Below, piece after piece: positions 12,506 to 21,017 of a stretch of 64,000 nucleotides of DNA. Every line of letters begins with the position of its first letter. The first letter of the stretch is position 1. The stretch covers positions 1,568,001 to 1,632,000 of the forward strand of contig CAVTTL010000001.1 in NCBI GenBank assembly GCA_963737635.1, given 5' to 3'. The notes below the pieces were generated by a model that was given only the letters and a program-made list of their open reading frames with translations, was not told where the DNA came from and did no database searches. Origin of the DNA: an uncultured Methanoregulaceae archaeon (GTDB lineage: Archaea; Halobacteriota; Methanomicrobia; Methanomicrobiales; Methanospirillaceae). Position numbers and translations under genes: made by a program.

Positions 12506-13768
12506 TCATGATTGGTCAGGAGATACTCTAGTCAGTACATACAATATTCTTTTAGTCGAGGCATTCCCGAAGGTTCCATCATATCCATCGTGCATGATAT
12601 CCGGGTCAGGGTCCCATCGCCAGAACTCCTTGGTGCATACGCTTGGCTCACCAGACGAAATCTGTCTGCAGACGTCGGGGTTCCAGGAATTTGCAATAGC
12701 ATAGTCCTTACAGTTCCCAAGGGAGCTCCAGACATTTGGATCGGGATCATTCTGGGCATAATAGGTATCTCCACAATACGTATCGATAAGACCATACAGA
12801 CCGTGACCAATCTCGTGCATGGCAAGGAAAGGCATATTCGCTGAAATCTTGAGGTATACCCTGCCCAACCCATTTGGGTTTGTGCATCCTATCGGCGGGC
12901 TGGGAGGTCCCGCATACCTACCACTAACTGAAGGGTAAAGAATAATGGTCAGATCACTAAAGGTGACTTCATCCCAGTAGGTTTCCGGGATCGTTCCTGC
13001 ACAGCCGTTAAATGCATCCCCGTAAGTCTTACCATCCCAGAAATAGTAAAAATTGAACCGTTTCTCGTAATCTTCAGGAAGGGGATAAGAGGGCGAGGTG
13101 ATCACCGGATATTGAAGAAACGTAGTGGCGATGAATTGGCGTACATCCGCCTCAAACTGCTGTTGTCCTCCGGGATATCCCCCCATCTGTATTGTGGCAT
13201 TTTCCGTATAGTTAAACGATGTATCCGATGGCAGGAAAACGATATTTATTCTCGATGCCGGAGGACCGTTTATTTCTATCGGAATTATATCGGAAGGGGC
13301 AAGGCTTATGATCACCTCGCCAGCCCTATTCAGGTCTGACTGGACAGTTTTATCCAGATAACCATCTTTTGCGGCCCGGATTGTGCTGATATTCGATCCG
13401 GAACCGGTAATCGGAAGAATAAAAGTTCCGTTATTAGAAGATGTGCCTACAAAAAGACCATTGATATATAGTGAGACTCCGGAGAGAGGAGCTCCGCTTT
13501 TTAAATTGGTGATTACGATCCAGACATACGGGCCGAGAGGTATAGCTGGACCTTCCTGGACCGGTATGACAGATCCGGCGATGGTCCGGTTCACAACTGG
13601 CTGGGCAATGCCAGCATCCTGGCTTGAGACATTAGGTACTATGCCTGATGCCCGTGAATTTCCAAACGAAATATTGAGTAAAAAAAGAATACCCGAAGTG
13701 ACGATAAATAGTATTCCTACACAGAAGAACGCAACGGATCCCCATCGGAATAAAGTTTTCCTGTCCAT
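12506..13768 (-). CDS. Membrane-anchored zinc metallopeptidase, M64-like, with a PEGA/carboxypeptidase-regulatory-like domain
   Basis: RINIVFL strand, FNFYY, HEIGHGLYGLIDTY (HExGH...GLxDxY), DIM Met-turn-like; N-terminal TM. Confidence 0.7.
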   Translation of the reverse strand: MDRKTLFRWGSVAFFCVGILFIVTSGILFLLNISFGNSRASGIVPNVSSQDAGIAQPVVNRTIAGSVIPVQEGPAIPLGPYVWIVITNLKSGAPLSGVSLYINGLFVGTSSNNGTFILPITGSGSNISTIRAAKDGYLDKTVQSDLNRAGEVIISLAPSDIIPIEINGPPASRINIVFLPSDTSFNYTENATIQMGGYPGGQQQFEADVRQFIATTFLQYPVITSPSYPLPEDYEKRFNFYYFWDGKTYGDAFNGCAGTIPETYWDEVTFSDLTIILYPSVSGRYAGPPSPPIGCTNPNGLGRVYLKISANMPFLAMHEIGHGLYGLIDTYCGDTYYAQNDPDPNVWSSLGNCKDYAIANSWNPDVCRQISSGEPSVCTKEFWRWDPDPDIMHDGYDGTFGNASTKRILYVLTRVSPDQS

Positions 13769-13881
13769 CTGTCTTCGTCCAGATCCATGTTCTTAAATTG
13801 AGAAAAAAAAATTTATTCTCTGTAAAAGTCTCTTTCTGCGATTTTCTCGTTTGGAATTTTATTCTTAAATGCTCTATGCAG

Positions 13882-13954
13882 TTGCTGAGCATCTTACATC
13901 ATTATTTATATGGATTTTTTTTGTTTTAAGATATTATAGGCGATTGCTGAGCAT
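13882..13954. promoter_or_regulatory. Divergent promoter region: two TTGCTGAGCAT boxes flanking a TATA-like TTTATAT
   Basis: Identical 11-mers at 13882-13892 and 13944-13954 with palindromic core TGCT-N-AGCA; tttatat at about 13905. Confidence 0.45.
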
Positions 13955-14026
13955 TTTCCGTTCTTTTATCATTATGCCTTGCCATCAAACACATACGATC
14001 GCTTGGATCGAATGATGTGATGACTC

Positions 14027-14584
14027 ATGAAAGCAAGATTATTGATTATTGTTGGCCTTATGATCATGGCCGTAGCGTTGACGGTTGCGCCAGTGATGGC
14101 ATTATCGACAGGAACAACTTCTATAACGGGAAATCCGCAGTCGTATGTTTCGATCACTCTGAGTAATACTTCGGTATATCTACCATTAGACCCGTCAAAT
14201 TCTCCCGCTACTAACTCTTCTATGGGTATAACAGTCTTGACCAATATTCCATTCAGCATTACTGTTGCAGATAGTACCGGGCGCTCTACAGGACAAGGGT
14301 TTTTGGGAAATTACACGAGCGGCGTATATGATGCGTCTCCATTGAATACGGACTTAGGCTCACCTATCCAACTAACCGGAACCACTAACACCACTACAAC
14401 TGCAGATTCGATTACCCCGCCAATAACTACTGGCTCACCACAGACATTCTTTACAGGATCTTCATACGTCACCAACCAGGTTCTTGCAACCGAGTTCACT
14501 CAGCCGGTTGCATATACTGATCCGGTGTTACCACTGGATTCCACGTATAGAATTGATTTGACGTTCAGCATCGGAGCGACATGA
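14027..14584 (+). CDS. Secreted beta-rich protein, pilin/WxL-like subunit 1
   Basis: Sec signal ending VMA, Thr-rich, terminal strand YRIDLTFSIG, no anchor. Confidence 0.6.
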   Translation: MKARLLIIVGLMIMAVALTVAPVMALSTGTTSITGNPQSYVSITLSNTSVYLPLDPSNSPATNSSMGITVLTNIPFSITVADSTGRSTGQGFLGNYTSGVYDASPLNTDLGSPIQLTGTTNTTTTADSITPPITTGSPQTFFTGSSYVTNQVLATEFTQPVAYTDPVLPLDSTYRIDLTFSIGAT

Positions 14585-14633
14585 GTGATTAAGGTTCTGA
14601 ATTACTTTTCATTTTTATATCGCATCCCTATGA

Positions 14634-15176
14634 GTGATAATTATGATGGCAAATTTTCAGGGATTTCTAGTGATACTTTTCGCGGTTTCTGCTACCGCTG
14701 CGATTTTGGGTCTTGTTTTGCCGGTTGGGGCCGCAACGATTACTCTATCGGTTGACGGAAACATCCAGAACTGGACGCTTATACCGGGAAGTACAAATGA
14801 AAATTCCACCGCGGTGACCCTGAATGTTTCCTGCGACAGTTCTTCATGGACGGTCAGCGTCGTGGACAATCTCGATGATGATAAACCCGCTGCTGGTGCC
14901 GGAAGAATGGCAGAATACAACACAACTACCGGTTATGTCAATAGCGGAAGTATTCTCGGAGCGAATTTGACCGTGGAGGGAGGATCCGCTGTGAACATGA
15001 CTAATACAACGGCAACTCTAGGCCCCACCGATCAGGTTATAGAAACGGGAAATAATATCGTCACCAATGTACAGGTGCCGGTTGCTATGAGCCAACAGGT
15101 TGCTACGACGGATCTTCATTTAACAAATGGCGATGAATATCGTGTTGTCATAACGTTCGTAGGGGGGACATCATGA
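14634..15176 (+). CDS. Secreted beta-rich protein, paralog of 14027 (subunit 2)
   Basis: Signal ending VGA; shared motifs WTVSVVD/FSITVAD, VTN, SQQVATTD/TQPVAYTD, YRVVITF. Confidence 0.6.
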   Translation: MIIMMANFQGFLVILFAVSATAAILGLVLPVGAATITLSVDGNIQNWTLIPGSTNENSTAVTLNVSCDSSSWTVSVVDNLDDDKPAAGAGRMAEYNTTTGYVNSGSILGANLTVEGGSAVNMTNTTATLGPTDQVIETGNNIVTNVQVPVAMSQQVATTDLHLTNGDEYRVVITFVGGTS

Positions 15177-15234
15177 TGTACAGGCGAAAATTATACATAA
15201 TCGCAGTTTCATTTTCCTTTATCAAGTCTTCGAT

Positions 15235-16244
15235 GTGAGGTGTGATATGACATATATGCAACAACGATTCTGGTCGACAAGGATCGCACTTTCGGCTATC
15301 GTAATTCTTTTGCTTCTCTGCATAGCACCAACAGCCGCTCTCGGCGTACTGGGTGCAAAGTACACCGGGAGTATTGCTCCCGGTGGAAAGGATACTCACG
15401 TGATGACCATCGAAATCGGGGCAGATGAATCGCCTACCGATGTTATGGTGGAAGTTGCGGGATTCGGGCAGAATGCCAACGGAATTTATGTACCGCTGGA
15501 TCCGGCGACTGACGTAAGCCCGTATTCAGCCCGGAGTTTTATCACTCTTGATAATACTACGCTTCACCTCGAGCCAGGTACGGAGCAAAGTGTAACGGCG
15601 ACAATCTCTCTTCCACAGGATACCGGCCCGGCGGCCGGTACGCGATCCTCTATGTCCGTTCAATCCCGGGTGCAGGTCAATCCCTTGCAACGGCAGTAGT
15701 CGTTCCCATGTTCATTACTGTCGCTGGGACGAAGCCAACAGAAACCGGTAGTATTACACAGATAGGCACGGGAACGGTCGCTATCGGCCAGCCGATCACA
15801 ATTACGACGACCTTCAAAAATACCGGCAATTATCATTATTATTCTGCAAGTGACGAAGTGACCGTGAGTGATTCGAATGGAATCATCGTTGCAAATACAT
15901 CGACGACACCGATGGCCTATGCGATCATCCCTGGCAACACAGTGCAGTTTGTCACGCAGCCTCAGGTAAAAAACCTGCAGGCAGGGACCTACACGGTAAA
16001 TTCGACAGTTCTTCTGAACGGCCAGGTATTGGATCAAAAGAGTACGACATTTACTGTTACTGCGACTGTACCGCCTACAACCGAATCGGGGGAAGCGGTG
16101 AGCCCAGTGGGCCAGGTCACCTCAGCGGGTGCAGGATCTCCCACTAGTGTACCGACGAAGGCATCCATGCCCTCTGTGCTGAGTATTGTAGCCTTGGCTG
16201 CTACAGCAATTATTGTAGGCGGTGCGGTCAGGCAGAGGAAATGA
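15235..16244 (+). CDS. Two Ig-like-domain protein resembling DUF916/PapD-like assembly proteins, with a C-terminal sorting/anchor signal; frameshift near 15630
   Basis: SARSFITLDNTTLHLEPGTEQSVTATISLP-(fs)-GGRYAILYV; FKNTGN second domain; PTKAS followed by TM and RQRK. Confidence 0.6.
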
Positions 16245-18365
16245 CCTCCAAAAAAATACCTCTTGTTTTTATTATCATTTGCTGCTGTTTTTTTACGGTA
16301 TCGGTTCTTTTGTCAAATTCTGCTGGTGCTCTGGATTCCGTGACGGTGGGAATAACCGGCCGTATCCCGCTGGTTACATACAACATCTCAGTCATCGGTA
16401 TCGATACCGGCAATGCCACTGTCACGTGGAGCACGAACGGGAATGCCAACAGCACAGTGCTGTATGGCACGACAACGAGTTACGGATCCTCCAGCACTGA
16501 CGATGTCATGACAGAGGACCACACGATATCCCTGCACAGTTTGACACCCGGCACGATATACCATTACCAGATGGTATCGGTCGACCTGAGCGGTAACCAA
16601 GCCATAAGTGCTGATCAGGTGTTCACTACAGCCAACATTTCGCAAGGGACCGTGGTAACTACGACCACTACGTCGACGACGTTTTCTGGGACGACGATCC
16701 AGACGGTTGGCGGGGTTCAGCAGGTCAGTCTCAATGAATCGACCATTCAAGGAACAATCCAGGTTTCCGGAAACACCGTAAACATCCAAAATCCGGGTAA
16801 CGGCTGGGCTACAATGCAATATGTCGGTTCAGCGGTCACGGATCTTAACGGTAATATCAGCACGGGACAGATCCAGAGTGTGAGCATGGTGAGCGACCCG
16901 GTCACAGCGTCCCTTGGCAGTACCATTGGTACGGTCAGCACTCAGATCAATATAGGGCTGACTCAGATCGTACCTGATCTAACTATTCAGCAGAGCATTA
17001 TCGAGGGAGCGAGTCCTACCGTTTCAGATGCCTTCCAGATCGCGGCAGCGAACAATAATCTCAATGTGCAGGCCATTGCCTATACGGTACAGTTCCAGAA
17101 TACGGCCCAGTTAGACGCCAACCTGAATTCTGCTGGGGTTGAACTGAATATGAGTGTCGACAATGCATGGGTGGCCGAAAATGCGAATGGCAGTGTGAAT
17201 AATGTAAAGATCTTCCGTTTTGGAGATGATGGGACAGAGGAAGTCCTCAGTACGACGTATCTTGGCAGTCAGGGCACCACCGATTATTTCCAAGCCTGTC
17301 TCACCTCACGGGATTTCCACGTTCGGTATTGCGGCCGTGGCCTCCAGTAGCACAACCGGCAGCAGTTCCAGTAGCGGGACGAATGGTGGTAATTCGGGCT
17401 CTTCCGGATCAGGTCGATCACAGGCACCCTCGGCAGTCCAGCCCGTGGCCCCGGCGCAGGTTGCACCCGCGCCCCAGGTTCAGCCACGACTCGGACCTCC
17501 GCAGAATGCACCCACGACAACACAGTCACTGGTTGTTGCCGGATTAACCACAACAACCGGACTATCTGGAATTCAGGTCTTCGCATTCAACACTACGCTG
17601 GCGGCCCAATCCGGTGTTTCAGCAACTGTCGAGAATGCCACTGTTATTATCAACCAGCCCGGTCTTATCCTGACTATTGTCACAAACGGAACCCTCTCTA
17701 TCGAGAACGGAGAAATCTCGGGCACCGTCCAATCTGTTGGCATAAACACGACGCCATCAGATACTATCCTGAGTTTTGGGCGGGTTTCAGTATCGATCAA
17801 TGCTTCGCTTGCCACTATTCCGGAAAATGCAGCGATTACAACTACCGTCTCAGAAGTGGTGAGTTCTGACGTCAAGAGCGCATTCCAGCGGGCAGCGAAG
17901 GACAATAACCGGCAGATCGAAGCGATTGCCTACGTTTTGAACATTGAAAAAACCAACTTTGAAGCGACAGGTCCGGCTACGGTGACCATGACTATAATTC
18001 CTGACTGGGTTACGAACCATGGCGGCATTGGATCGATAGCAATTGTGCGGATAGGTGATGATCAGACCGTCGAAATGCTTGCCACTTCCTTTATCGGGAC
18101 GGATGTGCAGGGATCCCTTGTCTTCGATGGCTATTCTCCGCATGGTTTATCTGTATTTGGTCTTACTGCCGTGACAATCGCACGTCAGCCGCAACAATCG
18201 GCCACATCTGAGTCACTCCTGCAAGCGGAATTCGGAGAAATGGGCGCGGTTCTTGGAGGAATCACCGGATTGATCAAGAACAATTATGCCATCATACTTG
18301 TTGTGGGTCTTATTACGGCGGGTATCCTAGCCTATGTTGTCTGGCGTATACGCAGACGAACGTGA
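16241..18365 (+). CDS. Membrane-anchored surface protein with FN3-like and two PGF-pre-PGF-like domains; frameshift near 17295
   Basis: ATVTWSTN...YGTTTSYG...LTPGTIYHYQ FN3-like; two W..N..GDD..L.T...SPHG.S.FG repeats; C-terminal TM and RIRRR. Confidence 0.7.
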
Positions 18366-18411
18366 TAGAGATCTGGCCCCCTCTCCCCTCTTCTCCTATA
18401 TACTTTTGTCG

Positions 18412-18750
18412 TCACAAACAGGCTTCGATCTCGTTTTTTATACGATCAGCGGTGATCCTCCCGATCTTGGTGAGCTTCCCGTTTACGAGAACCATCGGAA
18501 GGGGAGGATATTCGTTTTCAAGTATTGTGCGTACGTGATCGGGAACACTATCATCGATGAGGGTAAGTTTCATCCCGACCTGGTTGCCATACGTTTCCTG
18601 TACCTTTGTTTTGAGTGCTTCAAACGCCTGTACCAGTTTTCCTGAGGGATAGCATTTAGACAATCCGCAGGTCCGGTTTGCATCGCAGGGAAACGGGGAA
18701 CATTCAGAAGATTTCAACCCGACAATCTCGACAAGTACAGGTATATTCAT
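18412..18750 (-). CDS. Cys-rich thioredoxin-fold-like hypothetical protein
   Basis: CSPFPC...CGLSKC; PLPMVLVNGK thioredoxin-like strand. Confidence 0.5.
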   Translation of the reverse strand: MNIPVLVEIVGLKSSECSPFPCDANRTCGLSKCYPSGKLVQAFEALKTKVQETYGNQVGMKLTLIDDSVPDHVRTILENEYPPLPMVLVNGKLTKIGRITADRIKNEIEACL

Positions 18751-18912
18751 GTACGATAGATTGGTGCTGTACGGTATTTTTAGTATTGGGACGGAGAATT
18801 CCCTGGAAGGAAGGTTTTATCATTCGAATTAGCGATCGTCGCTTCAAAGATTAAACCCAAAGAAAATCATACGCACAATAAGAGAAAAAAAATGCCGACG
18901 GATCCTGACAAA

Positions 18913-19425
18913 TCAGATGAACTTCTCAAACCTTTCTTTTGCGGCCTTGCAAATCGGGCACAAGTCAGGCGGCTGCTCACGTGCACAGAGATAGCCGCAC
19001 ACTTTGCAACGCCAGATTGGAAGCGGAAAGAGTGGTGAATCTTGTGCGGTAGTAAACCGGACAATACTTTTTCCCCGTTGGGAACGAGGCGGGCGACGCT
19101 CCGGTACCGGGACCGCCTTCCGGGTTCCATTGGCAATTGCTTCGTTTACATATAAGGCACAATAACAGGCACCATATTCTGCCAGATCCTGGTCCCGGTA
19201 ATCACAGGGGCATATAATGTCAAGATCCTCTTCCTTTTTACCGGAAGCGAGACGGCAGGGACAGGCACCGTAACCGTATCGTTTTTCGTTTTTCAAAAGC
19301 CCATGAATAAGATTTTTGGTAAAATCAATATCCGGGTTAAGCCTATAACCACTTTTTCCAGTATCGTCCTTGAGTGTCGTGTATGCGACTTCGACGGAGT
19401 TTTCCGTAATCTCGGGGACATTCAT
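18913..19425 (-). CDS. Ferredoxin:thioredoxin reductase catalytic-like protein with C-terminal rubredoxin domain
   Basis: CPCR, CPC and CYC motifs; WRCKVCGY...CPIC. Confidence 0.9.
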   Translation of the reverse strand: MNVPEITENSVEVAYTTLKDDTGKSGYRLNPDIDFTKNLIHGLLKNEKRYGYGACPCRLASGKKEEDLDIICPCDYRDQDLAEYGACYCALYVNEAIANGTRKAVPVPERRPPRSQRGKSIVRFTTAQDSPLFPLPIWRCKVCGYLCAREQPPDLCPICKAAKERFEKFI

Positions 19426-19703
19426 GCTGTTAGTGCCTCCCGGATCTCGTGCTCACGGAACCCTACGATTGTGCGTTTGTTATCGATCACAAGTGTGGGA
19501 AAGGACCCTCGGGGATTCCATCGTTCGAGCTTGTCCATCGCCTCATCCTGTTCTTTTCCTTCGAGCAAGTCGACATAATCGTAATCAAACGCGATCCCGA
19601 GTTCTTCCAACAGAACCTTTGTCTTATGGCACCACTGGCATGTCGAAAGTGCATACAGCATGACAGAACCCCGGTTTTTTCCGTTAACGTGTGTTGACGT
19701 TAC
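19422..19703 (-). CDS. Glutaredoxin (NrdH-like); start uncertain
   Basis: LYALSTCQWC and SFPTLVID motifs; overlaps the FTR-like start. Confidence 0.85.
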   Translation of the reverse strand, partial: VTSTHVNGKNRGSVMLYALSTCQWCHKTKVLLEELGIAFDYDYVDLLEGKEQDEAMDKLERWNPRGSFPTLVIDNKRTIVGFREHEIREALTA

Positions 19704-19952
19704 AAAACACTTCCCGTGAAAAAAGTGCGGCCGGGTACTATATAAAAATGGGGATGCGGACGATCCGATTTCAGAGTGAACCATCCCGAGCCGGCGGCCT
19801 CGATAAGAAATGCCTCCGCATGGTTCTTCTTACGTTCTGGTAGGGCATTGCAGCAGACTCCTTGCATAACGGCTCATTCATGAATAAATATCGACCAGTA
19901 GGGCGTTTCTATCCTTTGCATTATCGTTAATAACTAACCCGGCACATTAAGT

Positions 19953-21017
19953 ATGGAAATCATGAAGGCGGTTCTGGGATTTGAGGACGGTGATTTTGTC
20001 GTCGGTGAAGGATTCGGGGTGGAAGGTGAATGTGCAGGTGAACTGGTGTTTAATACCCAGATGACCGGTTACATGGAATCCCTCACTGATCCAAGTTATT
20101 TCGGTCAGATCCTGATGTTCACGTTCCCCCAGATTGGAAATTATGGCGTGGATACCCGGAATTTCCAGAACCCGCGCGTATGTGCGCTGGGTTGTATTGC
20201 TAAAGAGATCTGCGAGAAACCTGAATATGAACCAACCATCAGAACGTTTTTTGAAAAACACGGTCTTCTGGGAATGACCGGTGTCGATACCCGCGCCCTG
20301 ACGATCAAGGCCCGGGTTCACGGCACGATGCGCGCAGCTCTTGTTGTGGGAAGTGACGATGGGGCGTACGCGGTAACACTTGCAAAAAAATCCCCGACAA
20401 TATGTGATATCGTCCCCATCCCTGAAGTCTCGTGCAAGGAACCGTACCATATTCCCGGCAGCGGGAAACGAATTGCCGTCATCGACCTCGGAATTAAGAA
20501 GAATATGCTTACCAGCCTTTCGAAGCGGAATGGGGATCTGTATGTTTTTCCGTACAATGCCATGTCCGATCAGGTCCGAGCCTGCAATCCGGATGCTCTC
20601 TTCATAAGTAACGGGCCGGGTGACCCAAAACAGGCCCCGGATGCGATACACTGCATCCAAGACCTTCTTGGCGAACTGCCCATTTTTGGGATCTGTATGG
20701 GAAACCAATTATCCGCTCTCGCACTTGGCGGGGATACTTATAAACTTAAGTTCGGTCACCGAGGGGCAAACCAGCCGGTACGGTATGAAGATGGCCGAAT
20801 CTTTATCACCACCCAGAATCACGGTTTTGCTGTTGACGCGGATTCCCTGCCGGAAGGGTGCCGGGTGACCTATTCGAACGTCAATGATGGTACTGTCGAG
20901 GGATTTGAGAATAAAGATTTGTGCCTGACAACGGTACAATTCCACCCGGAAGCCAACGGGGGCCCCAGGGATACGGAGGCGCATTTCTTTGACGCGCTCT
21001 TCCGGAGGCTGGAATAA
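19953..21017 (+). CDS. carA: Carbamoyl-phosphate synthase small subunit
   Basis: GELVFNT, SNGPGDP, GICMG, QFHPEA. Confidence 0.97.
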   Translation: MEIMKAVLGFEDGDFVVGEGFGVEGECAGELVFNTQMTGYMESLTDPSYFGQILMFTFPQIGNYGVDTRNFQNPRVCALGCIAKEICEKPEYEPTIRTFFEKHGLLGMTGVDTRALTIKARVHGTMRAALVVGSDDGAYAVTLAKKSPTICDIVPIPEVSCKEPYHIPGSGKRIAVIDLGIKKNMLTSLSKRNGDLYVFPYNAMSDQVRACNPDALFISNGPGDPKQAPDAIHCIQDLLGELPIFGICMGNQLSALALGGDTYKLKFGHRGANQPVRYEDGRIFITTQNHGFAVDADSLPEGCRVTYSNVNDGTVEGFENKDLCLTTVQFHPEANGGPRDTEAHFFDALFRRLE

